From the NCBI GenBank assembly GCA_047651235.1, contig CP178758.1, positions 600,001-632,000 of the forward strand: 32,000 nucleotides of DNA, read 5' to 3'. Shown piece by piece: positions 8,211 to 18,523 of this stretch. Below the pieces are notes generated by a model. The model saw nothing but the letters and a program-made list of their open reading frames with translations. It had not been told where the DNA came from and did no database searches. A program made the position numbers and the translations under genes. Within the stretch, counting starts at the first letter, position 1; every line of letters begins with the position of its first letter. The DNA comes from Candidatus Electrothrix yaqonensis (lineage in GTDB: Bacteria; Desulfobacterota; Desulfobulbia; Desulfobulbales; Desulfobulbaceae).

Positions 8211-8287
8211 TGGTGGGCGAGGCGGGATTCGAACCCGCGACCTTCGGCTTCGGAGGCCGACACTCTATCCAGCTGAGCTACCCGCCC
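8211..8287 (-). tRNA. tRNA-Arg (anticodon CCG), CCA encoded
   Basis: The reverse complement, GGGCGGGTAGCTCAGCTGGATAGAGTGTCGGCCTCCGAAGCCGAAGGTCGCGGGTTCGAATCCCGCCTCGCCCACCA, folds as a cloverleaf. It has a 7-bp acceptor (one G-U), anticodon stem TCGGC/GCCGA, loop CTCCGAA, and T arm GCGGG-TTCGAAT-CCCGC. Confidence 0.93.
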
Positions 8288-8363
8288 ATAAGCAGTACGT
8301 AGTACGTTCTCAGTTCAACAGATCGATCAGAGCTGTCTGACTGACAGTAGCATTCGCGGAGAC

Positions 8364-8393
8364 AATATAGTATTATTGAACTGTATCTGTAAA
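8364..8393 (-). promoter_or_regulatory. Candidate sigma70-type promoter for tRNA-Arg
   Basis: The minus strand reads TTTACA-N18-TATATT about 75 nt upstream of the tRNA 5' end. Confidence 0.3.
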
Positions 8394-8519
8394 CAGAAAA
8401 TGTTCTCTTTGCCGAGAAAACGGAACTGTTGGCTCCATACTTGCTGTTTTTACGAACAAATCGATTTTCCAGGCAATCCCGGCTAACAGCTAGGTCAGTG
8501 TTGTAATTTCAGAAGTACA

Positions 8520-9242
8520 ATGTATACGAAAAAAATGATCGAACCGGCGGCGGTTCTTATCTCTCTGCTGCTGATCACCGCAGTTGTCTGGCTGACTGAT
8601 GCGGACCGCTTTATTACGTCTCTTGTTCCGCGCGACCAGACTATTGCAGCTGTTCTTCCTGAATGCAGCAGGGCGTGGCCAGCAGGCAATGTTTTTCCGT
8701 GGAATTTTTTCTATCGTTCCGCCCCGATTCCGGCCGTGCTGATGGTGGTTTCCGCAGTAATTGCTCTGCTGCTTGGCTTTTTCTTGCCCCGTTACGCCTC
8801 TTGGCGCAGAAAAGCCATCTTTCTTCTCCTCCTGCTCGCTCTCGGCCCCGGCCTGGTGGTCAACCTGCTGCTCAAGAATCAGCTCGGTCGGGCCAGGCCG
8901 AGACAGGTTGTTGAATTCGGTGGAAAACATCTGTTTACCCAGTGCTGGCAGCCGGGTACCGGCGGTGAAAATAGCTCTTTCCCCTCCGGTCATGCTGCTG
9001 TTGCCTTTTTTCTTATGGCCCCTTGGTTTGTGCTGCGGGATGAAAAGCGGCTGGTTGCAGCAGGTTTCCTAGTACTGGGACTGACCTTCGGTACCTTGGT
9101 CGGAGTGGCCAGGATACTTCAGGGAGGTCATTTCCTTAGTGATATTATATGGTCAGGAGGCCTGCTGTATATTCTGGGGAATGTGCTGGCGACTTTTATG
9201 GGATTTGGCACAAGGGAGCAGAAGAGCGATGGCAGCCCATGA
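8520..9242 (+). CDS. PAP2 superfamily membrane phosphatase
   Basis: All three PAP2 motifs are present: KNQLGRARP, PSGH and ARILQGGHFLSD. Several hydrophobic segments. Confidence 0.85.
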   Translation: MYTKKMIEPAAVLISLLLITAVVWLTDADRFITSLVPRDQTIAAVLPECSRAWPAGNVFPWNFFYRSAPIPAVLMVVSAVIALLLGFFLPRYASWRRKAIFLLLLLALGPGLVVNLLLKNQLGRARPRQVVEFGGKHLFTQCWQPGTGGENSSFPSGHAAVAFFLMAPWFVLRDEKRLVAAGFLVLGLTFGTLVGVARILQGGHFLSDIIWSGGLLYILGNVLATFMGFGTREQKSDGSP

Positions 9243-9299
9243 GTGGAGAGGATTAAAATTTGTCCTGTACTTCTGTGTTCCTGTGCATTCAGTGCGCAC

Positions 9300-10754
9300 T
9301 CACTCGGTTGTATATTTCTTCATCTGTATCTGTTGCTCACAGTACGGGCATGCTTCAAACCCTGCCTCACGGGCGACAAAGATACTTCTGAACTGCAACG
9401 AACAGTGTTCACCGTGATAGTCCCGGCATCCCGGCAGGTGAAAGACTCTGCTTCCGGCATCGGCATGCACAAGCATTCCTTCCCTGGCAGGCTCTTCCTG
9501 TCTGTCCGTCATCTTTCTTCTGCTCAGTAGCCAATTGAGCAGGCGGAAAAACTTCTGCAGCGGGATGAAGAACAGGATATTCAGGACTGATTCAAGCAGC
9601 AGAGAAAGACGTTCCGGGAGAATGGGCCGTTCTTGGTCAACCCGGCTGAAAATAATACCTGTCATCCCGGCAAAAAGAATATTCGGCAGCCACATCCCCC
9701 AAAGCACCGGCAGAACCATATCCTCCGTCATAACCCTGAATAGCGTAAAAACAATATAATACAGGACGAAAAAAGCCAACCCCAGAGGGATCCCGATTGC
9801 TCTTCGGCCCTGCCCGGCCTGCAGCCCCAGGGGCAGTCCGAGCAGACTGAGAATCATGCAGCCGACCGGCAGGGATAAGCGATGATGATACTCGGTCAGA
9901 TAAACAATCCCGGCCTGGGTGTACACTCCGCGTTCGCGGGCAGCGGCCAGCAGCTGTTCCGGCGGCATACTGCCTCTGCTTAATTTTGTCACATCATCCC
10001 CGTCGATACGGGTAGGCGGCTTCAGAGGGATATGCAGCTGATAACGCCGGAAGCGGACAATCTGACTGTCCCTGCCGTCAGTGTTGTGCAGGGTCCCGTT
10101 CCGCAGGACAATCGTGACGGACATGGTATCGATATCGGCCTGCATACTGCCCTGTTTGGCCATAATAATAATAGGCTGTTCCCGGCCGCGCATGTCTGAG
10201 ACATACACACCGTTCCACCGTTCATGCTCGTCAATACTATCGACATAAACAACCAGATCGCCCAGGGCTTCTGTGAATTTTTTTTCTTTAATCCCGCTGT
10301 TTATTTTCTCCTTTGCCAGCTGAAACATCAGCTGATGCATGGCAATCTGCCCGGCCGGAATCAGCCGGACAGAAAAATATCCTGTCAGCACAGAGATGAC
10401 CGCTGCAGTCATGATCACCGGCGGCAGCATCTGCCGCAGACTGATGCCGCATGCCTTGAGGGCAAGAATCTCGCGGTCATTGGTCAGACGGGTGAAACCG
10501 ATGATAACCCCGGCCATGCTTGCCATCGGGATGACATAAAGCAGCATGTGAGGAAAAATATAGGCAAAGAGCCGGACAAAATCCGGAAAATTTATACCGA
10601 GTTCAAGAACGACTTCCAGCAGGGGAATTAATCGGATCAGAAAAAAGACACTGTACAGAATAAGAAAACTGGCAAAGAACGGAGCAAGCAGTTCTGTTGC
10701 CAAGTAGCTGTACAGGAGAAGCGGAAGACCTTTATGCCGCACTTTACGCTGCAT
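9300..10754 (-). CDS. LptF/LptG (YjgP/YjgQ) family LPS export permease with an extra C-terminal Cys-rich domain
   Basis: 484 aa. N-terminal LLYSYLATELLAPFFASFLILYSVFFL.. and the overall TM / periplasmic-loop / TM layout fit LptF/G. The last ~60 aa carry VFHLPGCRDYHGEHC...AREAGFEACPYC. Confidence 0.85.
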   Translation of the reverse strand: MQRKVRHKGLPLLLYSYLATELLAPFFASFLILYSVFFLIRLIPLLEVVLELGINFPDFVRLFAYIFPHMLLYVIPMASMAGVIIGFTRLTNDREILALKACGISLRQMLPPVIMTAAVISVLTGYFSVRLIPAGQIAMHQLMFQLAKEKINSGIKEKKFTEALGDLVVYVDSIDEHERWNGVYVSDMRGREQPIIIMAKQGSMQADIDTMSVTIVLRNGTLHNTDGRDSQIVRFRRYQLHIPLKPPTRIDGDDVTKLSRGSMPPEQLLAAARERGVYTQAGIVYLTEYHHRLSLPVGCMILSLLGLPLGLQAGQGRRAIGIPLGLAFFVLYYIVFTLFRVMTEDMVLPVLWGMWLPNILFAGMTGIIFSRVDQERPILPERLSLLLESVLNILFFIPLQKFFRLLNWLLSRRKMTDRQEEPAREGMLVHADAGSRVFHLPGCRDYHGEHCSLQFRSIFVAREAGFEACPYCEQQIQMKKYTTE

Positions 10755-10780
10755 ATACCTGCCCTGAAAAACAGGACAGT

Positions 10781-12190
10781 CTATTCGTTGATATTATTAT
10801 TATTAATATTGACATCAATCCAATGCTGATCCCACCATTCCACAGGTGTGACAAAGATGCCGTGTACCAGCATGGAAAAATGGAGATGATCGCCCCCGGC
10901 CATCCCGGTAGCACCGGAATTACCTACCTGTTCGCCTTTTTCCACCATCCTGCCCTTTTCAGTGCTGATCCGGCTGAGATGGGAATAGAGGCTGGCCAGT
11001 CCCTGGCCGTGATCCAAAATGACGGTATTGCCGTAAATTCCCAGATAATCAGCAAAAACTACTTCCCCTCTGTTTGCCGCCTCTATCTCAACCCGTGCTG
11101 TCGAGGCAAGATCTATTCCCAGATGGGTCTGGTGGTCAATGGGTTCTCCCTGGTAATAATAGGTACGCTGGTCCGCAAACCCTGCCTTTCCGGCCCCGGG
11201 CATCCGGAGAAAACGGTCATGCCACAGCTGTTCCTCTGCAGTCCTGCTGCACAGTTCGGCAATCTTCTGCGCATTTCTTTGTCGAATTGTGCTATTGACA
11301 AAGAGATATTTTTCCAGATCTGTTCCGGCGAGTTCCGGATAGCTGTCCTCAAATTCAGGAATTTTCTTCTTCAGAAAACCATCTGAAACATTAATCCGAT
11401 CTTTTTTTTCCTTTGCTTTTTTGTAATATATAGAAAAGGCGGCATTTCCTTCATTGCCAGCCTGATCTACGGCAACAACCCGAGTGGATTCCGGCCGTTC
11501 ACTGTTCCACGGCAGAGCAATATAGGCTATCCGTCTGCTGTCACTTCCTTTCAGAGGAAATCCCTGAAAAAAGATGTCATCAATCATTACCCCGTGGTGC
11601 GAAGACGGCTCCGAAACACTGTAGACAACAATTCCACTGCCCCCGGAGGCGATGGACAACTGCGCATGTTCAATCAGAACTTTCGGCGGCTTTGTATCAA
11701 TTGTCACCTGAGAAGAAAGCGTTGCCGCATTGCCCAGCAATTTTCGGTTCAGAGAAAAATCGCTGGCTGTCACCGTGAGTTGAGCCGGGCCTTCCTGTAT
11801 CTCCTTCACTTCCTGGATATTCAACATTACGGTTTCGCTCACGTTATCAGGACCGGCCTGTGTAAGCCATGCCTGACGGGGATACTGTCTGCTGAACAGC
11901 TGATGCTCTTTCCCGTTCTGCTCCAGGGTAACAGATATATTCCGGATACCGCTCTGCGTGTCAACGGCGTGAAGCTGAATTTCCACGGGGCCGCCCAGAA
12001 AGCGGAGTTCTTTGTCAAGGGTGAGCTGAGGCTTGCCGTTTTCAAACAGGATAAAGCCTGCTACTGCTGCGAAAGCAATGATCAGCAGGAGAACAGTCCA
12101 CGCAAATTTGCGTCCCAGGCTTTTTCCGGCTGATGATCTTGTTGAGCTTGTTGAACTTCCCAGTCTGCGTTTGTTTCTCGGCCTCATCAT
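10781..12190 (-). CDS. M23 family metallopeptidase (membrane-anchored)
   Basis: N-terminal TM segment. C-terminal HLGIDLAS...GNSGATGMAGGDHLHFSMLVHG is the M23 HxxxD / HxH signature. Confidence 0.9.
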   Translation of the reverse strand: MMRPRNKRRLGSSTSSTRSSAGKSLGRKFAWTVLLLIIAFAAVAGFILFENGKPQLTLDKELRFLGGPVEIQLHAVDTQSGIRNISVTLEQNGKEHQLFSRQYPRQAWLTQAGPDNVSETVMLNIQEVKEIQEGPAQLTVTASDFSLNRKLLGNAATLSSQVTIDTKPPKVLIEHAQLSIASGGSGIVVYSVSEPSSHHGVMIDDIFFQGFPLKGSDSRRIAYIALPWNSERPESTRVVAVDQAGNEGNAAFSIYYKKAKEKKDRINVSDGFLKKKIPEFEDSYPELAGTDLEKYLFVNSTIRQRNAQKIAELCSRTAEEQLWHDRFLRMPGAGKAGFADQRTYYYQGEPIDHQTHLGIDLASTARVEIEAANRGEVVFADYLGIYGNTVILDHGQGLASLYSHLSRISTEKGRMVEKGEQVGNSGATGMAGGDHLHFSMLVHGIFVTPVEWWDQHWIDVNINNNNINE

Positions 12191-12233
12191 AATAAAAAAT
12201 ATAATTTACGCTGTTATCCGTTATTATTCTGTA

Positions 12234-13811
12234 TTATTCGTTCCAGATCACTTCATAGTGCTGCATATGAAGATCGTATACCGGAAACACGGTAATGTCT
12301 TTGCCGGTCAATTGTTCAAGGTGCCGCAGATGATGCGCTTCCTCCCTGGACAGCATGTCCGCAATATGTGGGTGCACCCTGATGTTCACGCTTCCTCCGC
12401 CTGCTCCGCGGTTGTCCCGGTATATTTTCCGGAAAATTTCATAACAGATGGTCTGCCTTGACTTGATAATACCTTCTCCGCCGCAGTAAAAACAGGGTTC
12501 GCACATGATCTGAGACAGACTTTCACAGGAACGTTTGCGGGTCATCTGCACCAGACCGAACTCCGACATCCTCAGGATATTCACCCGGTTTTTGTCGCTG
12601 CTCATGGAGTCCTGAAAGGCTCTGTACAGTTCGTCACGATGCGGCTCATTTTCCATATCAATGAAATCAATAATAATGATTCCGCCGATATTACGGAGCC
12701 GGAGCTGATAGGCTATCTCCCGGACCGCCTCCATATTGGTCTGAAAGATTGTCTCGCGCAGATCACTCCCGCCCACATACCGACCGGTGTTGACATCCAC
12801 CACGGTCAGAGCCTCAGTGGTCTCAATGATAATGTATCCGCCGGAACGGAGCCAGACTTTTTTATCAATTGCCCGCGAGATATCCACTTCAATGCCGTAG
12901 GCATCAAAAATCGGCACATCGCTGTCGTAATGAACAATCCTGTTTTTCAGTTTAGGTGCAAAGGTCCGGACAAAATCAAGAAGATGCTCATGCACCTTCA
13001 GGGAATCGACGACAAGTTCATTGACATTGTCGGTAAACAGATCCCGTACTGCTCTGTGGGCCAGATCAAGGTCCTTATAAATCAGACTGGGTGCACTGGC
13101 GCGTTCCGCAGTTGCTCTGATTTCGTCCCACAGCATGAGCAGAAATTCCATATCCGCCTCAATTTCAGCGGTCGTGACGCTTTCTGCAACTGTCCGGACA
13201 ATAAAACCAGTTCCTTCCGGCCGCAGTTTCTCAATCTTCCGGCGCAGCTCCTCCCGAATCTGTTCATCCTCTATTTTTCGGGAGACCCCGATATGATCGG
13301 TCAGCGGCATGAACACCAGATTACGGCAGGGCAGAGTAATATGACAGGTCAGTCGTGCCCCTTTGGAGCCGATGGGTTCCTTGGCAATCTGCACCAGGAT
13401 TTCCTGCCCTTCCCGAACCAGATCCCCTATTGAGGGACCTGCTGAGGCTTTCCGTTTATGAACGATACCGGGCGGTGTTGAAGTTGAAGTATTCCCTTTA
13501 TTCTCTTCTTTATAGTATGTGCCGTTCTTCCGCTGAACAGGCCCGCAGCCCGCAGTCCCCTGCTCAGGCTGCGACATGGCAGTATGGATATCGTCCACAT
13601 AAAGAAATCCGGTCCGGTCAAGGCCGATTTCAACAAATGCCGCCTGCATACCGGGCAGAACCCGGACTACTCTGCCGCAATAAATATTCCCCACCAGCCC
13701 TTTGTCATCCGGGCGTTCTATATGAAATTCAAGCAGATTACCGCGCTCCACTACCGCAATACGGTTTTCATAAGGTGTAGCATTAATTACTATATCTACA
13801 TACATATCCAT
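12234..13811 (-). CDS. rng: Rne/Rng family ribonuclease (RNase G-like, no RNase E scaffold tail)
   Basis: S1 domain (GNIYCGRVVRVLPGMQAAFVEIGLDRTGFLYVDD) and catalytic core motifs (IIIETTEALTVVDVNTG, GGIIIIDFIDM), 525 aa. First gene of an apparent rng - M23 - lptF/G operon. Confidence 0.9.
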   Translation of the reverse strand: MDMYVDIVINATPYENRIAVVERGNLLEFHIERPDDKGLVGNIYCGRVVRVLPGMQAAFVEIGLDRTGFLYVDDIHTAMSQPEQGTAGCGPVQRKNGTYYKEENKGNTSTSTPPGIVHKRKASAGPSIGDLVREGQEILVQIAKEPIGSKGARLTCHITLPCRNLVFMPLTDHIGVSRKIEDEQIREELRRKIEKLRPEGTGFIVRTVAESVTTAEIEADMEFLLMLWDEIRATAERASAPSLIYKDLDLAHRAVRDLFTDNVNELVVDSLKVHEHLLDFVRTFAPKLKNRIVHYDSDVPIFDAYGIEVDISRAIDKKVWLRSGGYIIIETTEALTVVDVNTGRYVGGSDLRETIFQTNMEAVREIAYQLRLRNIGGIIIIDFIDMENEPHRDELYRAFQDSMSSDKNRVNILRMSEFGLVQMTRKRSCESLSQIMCEPCFYCGGEGIIKSRQTICYEIFRKIYRDNRGAGGGSVNIRVHPHIADMLSREEAHHLRHLEQLTGKDITVFPVYDLHMQHYEVIWNE

Positions 13812-14085
13812 AGTATTTCAGACGACCGTCATCCTCGGAGCGATATCTTCCCTGCAGCCGTCAGGCTATGCCGACAGAAATAACAGAAATATATGCAGCA
13901 GTTTCTGTTTGCTTCAGCGGAAAAAATATTTTTAACATGGAAAAAATACTTTATGATACTCCACAGGAAAGGAATTTCCCAGAAGAAACTTTTTCACTCC
14001 GCAAAAAGCGATAAGTATCCTTCTGAAATACCAACTTTTTTTATCGCTTCCAGGAGCTAAAAATGAAAGAGGATAAAAATCACTG

Positions 14086-15471
14086 ATGCCTGTTTATCAA
14101 CGAACCAATATCGCCACACTGCTGCAGGAAATCAGAGATGGTGCTTCTTTTCCCGCATATCTGCTGGTCGGAGAACGCTATCTCTGTCAGCAGGCCGCAG
14201 ACCGCATTGCCGAAGCCCTGTGCGCCCAAGGCGGCACGGTCCACAGTATTGACGGCGACACGGAAGACAGCGGAGCCACACTGGCCAAGCTGCGCAGTTT
14301 CAGTCTGTTGGGCGGCAGGCAGGTGTTCAGGGTGAAGAACAGCAGACTTTTTCACTCGAAAAATGTAGCGAAATCCATCTGGAACCGGGCTGTGAAAGCG
14401 CAACAGAGTAATGAGCCGGAAAAAGCGGTCAGATATCTGCAGGCTCTGATGGAAGCAGGAGGGCTGGACAGCCGGGATCCGGCAAATGATCCGGCCAGCC
14501 TGACTCCGACCCAATGGAAAAAAAGTTTCGGCTTTGCCCGGCCTGCCGGACCACTTGACTGGACCGGACAACTGCTGGCTAATCAGTCTGGTGGGCCTGC
14601 TGCAGAATCTGCAGAACCCTCCTCTACGGCTTCCGGCCCGGCAGGGAATGCCGGTGAACTGCTCCTGGCAACCCTTGAAGCCGGAATTCCGGAAAATAAT
14701 ATCCTGATGCTGCTGGCCGAGGAGGCGGATAAACGCAAAAAGCTCTATAAAGCTTTTAAAGAAAAATATGCGGTTATCGACCTGACTGTTGATACCGGGT
14801 CAGGTGCACAGGCGAAAAAAGTACAGCAGAGTGTTCTCCGGGAACAGGTCAGGGCCGTGCTGCAGAGCATGGGCAAGAACATGGCTGCCGGAGTCATGGA
14901 GCAGCTGCTTGAACGGGTCGGTTTTCATCCTGTTGCCGCCGTGATGGAAACAGAAAAGCTGGCCCTGTCTGCCGGAGAGAATCGGCAGATTACTCTGCAG
15001 GATCTGAATACGTTGGTCGGGCGGACCAGACAGGAGGCGATCTTTGAACTCACCCAGGCGATCAGCGACAAGAAAACAGACCAGGCCCTGCTTGTTGCCT
15101 CCCGCCTGCAGGAAAACGGGGTGCATGCCTTGGCCGTCCTGGCATCCCTGCGCAATTTCACCCGCACTCTCCTGCTCTTTCGCGCTCTGCTGGAACAGGA
15201 ACAGTACGGCATCCAACCCGGTATCCCGGCAAAAAAATTTCAGGACCACTGCCTGCCGCTGCTGAAAAAAAATGATCGCTGGAAAAAGGAGTTGTCCGGC
15301 CATCCCTTTGCCCTGTATATGCGGTTCAGAACAGCCTCAGGTTTTTCCGCTGTGCTGCTCCGCTCCTGGCTTGGCCTGATTCTTGCTACAGATATGCGCC
15401 TGAAAGGATCACCGGTTGCCCCGGATATCGTGCTCCAGCATCTGATTCTCTCCATGATGACCGCCAATTGA
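14086..15471 (+). CDS. holA: DNA polymerase III delta subunit-like protein with a ~100-aa low-complexity insertion
   Basis: The N-terminus (PAYLLVGERYLCQQAADRI..) and C-terminal helical region resemble HolA. At 461 aa it is about 110 aa longer than typical. Confidence 0.65.
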   Translation: MPVYQRTNIATLLQEIRDGASFPAYLLVGERYLCQQAADRIAEALCAQGGTVHSIDGDTEDSGATLAKLRSFSLLGGRQVFRVKNSRLFHSKNVAKSIWNRAVKAQQSNEPEKAVRYLQALMEAGGLDSRDPANDPASLTPTQWKKSFGFARPAGPLDWTGQLLANQSGGPAAESAEPSSTASGPAGNAGELLLATLEAGIPENNILMLLAEEADKRKKLYKAFKEKYAVIDLTVDTGSGAQAKKVQQSVLREQVRAVLQSMGKNMAAGVMEQLLERVGFHPVAAVMETEKLALSAGENRQITLQDLNTLVGRTRQEAIFELTQAISDKKTDQALLVASRLQENGVHALAVLASLRNFTRTLLLFRALLEQEQYGIQPGIPAKKFQDHCLPLLKKNDRWKKELSGHPFALYMRFRTASGFSAVLLRSWLGLILATDMRLKGSPVAPDIVLQHLILSMMTAN

Positions 15472-15673
15472 TCAAGGAAGATAAAGGAAACGATAAAGGA
15501 AACTTGCAAAATCGGTATCGGGCATTAAAATAAGAAGAGGAGGAACGTTCATACTGCCGGATTGTCGGTCTCTTTTCAGCCCTCCGACAAGAGGCCGGAA
15601 GCTGCTGCAGCCACCTGCCGACAGACGGCTATGAATTGACTGTTGAGATTTACGAAGTATATCATGTGGAAAA

Positions 15674-15988
15674 ATGGGAAAAACAGATTCAGGAAACAGG
15701 GAAGAAATACTGACCAAAGAGAAGAAGGAACTCCGGGAACCCCCCCTGTACAAAGTACTTCTCCATAATGACGATTATACGACCATGGAGTTCGTGGTTA
15801 TGGTCCTGGAAACCATCTTCAGTAAAGACACCTCGGAAGCGACATCCATCATGCTCAACGTCCATCATAACGGGTCCGGGGTCGCCGGAATATATTCCCG
15901 TGAAATCGGGGAAACCAAGGTTTCGGAAGTTCATCAGGCAGCCCGGAAAAATCAGTTTCCCCTGAAATGCTCTCTGGAAAAAGCATAA
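15674..15988 (+). CDS. clpS: ATP-dependent Clp protease adaptor ClpS
   Basis: PPLYKVLLHNDDYTTMEFVVMVLETIF...A..IML.VH..G..V is the canonical ClpS core. It lies directly upstream of clpA. Confidence 0.93.
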   Translation: MGKTDSGNREEILTKEKKELREPPLYKVLLHNDDYTTMEFVVMVLETIFSKDTSEATSIMLNVHHNGSGVAGIYSREIGETKVSEVHQAARKNQFPLKCSLEKA

Positions 15989-16045
15989 GCAGTTTCCGAG
16001 AATGATCCGCCATCTCTGCCGGTACGAGGTGTAAGAGGTATTATT

Positions 16046-18319
16046 ATGTTAAGTCGAGAATTGGAATTGGCCCTGATAAAGGCCATCAAAGAGGCCAAGG
16101 CAAAAAAACACGAATATGTGACTGTCGAACATATGCTGTGGGGCCTGCTGCACGATGAGCTTGCAGCCCATATCATCAGCAAATGCGGCGGTGACAGCAA
16201 CTCGCTCCGGGGTCGTCTGCAGGAATTTCTTGCAGGCGGTATCCCCCTTCTGCGCGGAGGTATGGACGAACCGTCCCAGACCATCGCCTTCAACCGGGTT
16301 CTGCAGCGGGCAGTCAACCATGTGCAGAGCTGCGGGAAAAAAGAGGTGGACACCGGCGATGTGCTGGTCTCCATTTTTGCCGAACCGGATTCTCACGCAG
16401 TCTATTTTCTCGGCAGCGAAGGGGTGGGCAGAATGGAGGTCGTAGAGTATATTTCTCATAATGTCCCGGAAAGCCTGCAGAAGGCACCTGCTCCTAAACC
16501 TGACTCTTCATCATCCGGCAGAAAAAAACAGCAGAAGGCCAAGGAAGATGTGCTGGAGCAGTTCACGGTCAACTTTGCCGTTCTGGCGGAACAGGGCAAT
16601 ATCGATCCCCTGATCGGTCGGTCCCGTGAGCTTGAACGGATGATGCAGGTTCTTTGCCGCCGCCGGAAAAACAACCCGCTGCTGGTCGGCGAACCCGGGG
16701 TCGGAAAAACCGCCATTGCCGAAGGGCTGGCCCTGCGTATTCATGAGGACAGCGTTGCCCGAAAATCAGAGAATCCTGATCCGGTAAAACTGGTACCGGA
16801 ACTGCTGCGGGATACCACGATCTATATGCTGGACATGGGGGCGCTTGTGGCCGGAACCAAGTACCGGGGCGATTTTGAAAAGCGGCTCAAGGCTGTGGTG
16901 GCGTCTGTGGAGAAAAAAGACAATGCCATCCTCTTTATTGATGAAATGCATACCATCGTCGGTGCCGGAGCCACCAGCGGTGGGTCCATGGATGCCTCCA
17001 ACCTGCTGAAACCGGCCCTGCAGGCCGGAACCATCCGCTGTATCGGCTCCACAACCTACGAGGAGCATAAAAGCCATATTGAAAAAGACCGGGCCTTGTC
17101 CCGCCGTTTCCAGAAGATTGATATTGAAGAACCGTCGGTCGAGGATACCTGCGATATCCTGAAGGGGCTGCAGTCCCGGTATGAGGAACACCATCATCTG
17201 CACTATTCTCCGGAAGCCATCGAGACCACAGCTGAACTGGCAAACCGCTATATCAATGACCGTTTTCTGCCGGACAAGGCCATTGATGTAATGGACGAGG
17301 TGGGCGCCTCCCTGCGTCTGGCCGGTAAAGTCGGTGCAACCGTAATGGTTGAGGATGTCGAACAGATCGTTTCCAAGATGGCCAGAGTGCCTGTTGTTTC
17401 CTCAACCGGCAATGATACCGAAGGACTCCGTGACTTGGAGGGCGATCTTAAATCAGTCATCTTCGGTCAGGATGAGGCGGTAAAAGAAATGGTGCGGGCT
17501 GTGAAGCGCTCCAAGGCCGGACTGGGCAATCCCCTTTCTCCGACCGGCTGTTTTCTATTTGCTGGCCCTACCGGAGTGGGCAAAACCGAAGTGGCCCGGC
17601 AGCTATCCCAGGCGCTGTCCATTCATTTTGAACGCTTTGACATGAGCGAGTACATGGAAAAACACGCTGTCGCCCGTCTCATCGGCGCGCCTCCGGGTTA
17701 CATCGGCTTTGAACAGGGCGGCCTGCTCACCGATGCCATCCGCAAACATCCGCATACGGTGCTGCTGCTGGATGAAATTGAAAAGGCGCATCCGGATGTT
17801 TTTTCCATCCTGCTCCAGGTGATGGATCACTCCACCCTGACCGACAACAGCGGCAGACGGGCTGATTTCCGCAATGTCATCCTGATCATGACCACCAATG
17901 CCGGTGCCCGCGAAATGAGCGAACGCGCCATCGGTTTTACCGGCAATACAACGGGCAAAGAACAGAAAGCCCTGAAAAATATGTTCTCCCCGGAATTCAG
18001 AAACAGACTGGACAGCACGATTACCTTTCATGCTCTGCAGATGGAAGCCGTTGAACGGATTGTCGATAAGATGGTGGGCGAACTCCAGGCCCAGTTGGCC
18101 GACAAAAATGTGGAAATCTCTCTGACCCTGGCAGCACGGCGGGGGCTGGCAGAGGAAGGCTATGATCCGGCTTACGGAGCCCGGCCGCTGCGGCGTCTGA
18201 TCATGAAGGAAATCGGTGATGTACTGACCGAAGAAATCCTCTTCGGAAAACTCAGCAACGGCGGAAAAGTTCGTATCGGCCGTCGCCAGGGGACGATGAC
18301 CTTCCGGTATTCCGACTGA
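16046..18319 (+). CDS. clpA: ATP-dependent Clp protease ATP-binding subunit ClpA
   Basis: 757 aa. Clp N-domain and two AAA+ modules ([17 protein letters not shown]; [20 protein letters not shown]), with no ClpB-type middle domain. Confidence 0.95.
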   Translation: MLSRELELALIKAIKEAKAKKHEYVTVEHMLWGLLHDELAAHIISKCGGDSNSLRGRLQEFLAGGIPLLRGGMDEPSQTIAFNRVLQRAVNHVQSCGKKEVDTGDVLVSIFAEPDSHAVYFLGSEGVGRMEVVEYISHNVPESLQKAPAPKPDSSSSGRKKQQKAKEDVLEQFTVNFAVLAEQGNIDPLIGRSRELERMMQVLCRRRKNNPLLVGEPGVGKTAIAEGLALRIHEDSVARKSENPDPVKLVPELLRDTTIYMLDMGALVAGTKYRGDFEKRLKAVVASVEKKDNAILFIDEMHTIVGAGATSGGSMDASNLLKPALQAGTIRCIGSTTYEEHKSHIEKDRALSRRFQKIDIEEPSVEDTCDILKGLQSRYEEHHHLHYSPEAIETTAELANRYINDRFLPDKAIDVMDEVGASLRLAGKVGATVMVEDVEQIVSKMARVPVVSSTGNDTEGLRDLEGDLKSVIFGQDEAVKEMVRAVKRSKAGLGNPLSPTGCFLFAGPTGVGKTEVARQLSQALSIHFERFDMSEYMEKHAVARLIGAPPGYIGFEQGGLLTDAIRKHPHTVLLLDEIEKAHPDVFSILLQVMDHSTLTDNSGRRADFRNVILIMTTNAGAREMSERAIGFTGNTTGKEQKALKNMFSPEFRNRLDSTITFHALQMEAVERIVDKMVGELQAQLADKNVEISLTLAARRGLAEEGYDPAYGARPLRRLIMKEIGDVLTEEILFGKLSNGGKVRIGRRQGTMTFRYSD

Positions 18320-18357
18320 CAGCAAAACAATATTTTTCCTGCTGCAGTAGACGTTAT

Positions 18358-18392
18358 GCCCGGTGTTTCCTGCCGGGCTATCTTTTTGTTTT
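18358..18392 (+). terminator. Intrinsic terminator after clpA
   Basis: GCCCGG-tgtttcctg-CCGGGC followed by TATCTTTTTGTTTT. Confidence 0.6.
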
Positions 18393-18523
18393 CCGACCGG
18401 AGGATCTGACAGGAGCAGGCCGCAGTTCCGGCAAGGTACAATTTAGCATTATAAACCAGAGATTCAGGTTCCACCGGGATTTTGATTCCGGTATACTTTC
18501 AGCTTTTATGAATGGAGGAAGAA

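Noticed and set aside
10784-10825. (ATT)n-like AT-rich microsatellite
   Set aside because: It simply encodes the Asn/Ile-rich C-terminal tail (..DVNINNNNINE*) of the M23 peptidase and is not an independent element.
15479-15502. Tandem GATAAAGGAAAC x2 just after the holA stop; checked as a possible CRISPR or tandem-repeat locus
   Set aside because: There are only two units, with no spacers and no further copies. No CRISPR array exists anywhere in the window.
15636-15663. TTGACT-N16-TATATC promoter-like hexamers upstream of clpS
   Set aside because: The -10 box ends 10 nt from the only in-frame clpS ATG, which leaves no room for a leader or RBS. It is probably fortuitous, or it would imply a leaderless mRNA that I cannot support.
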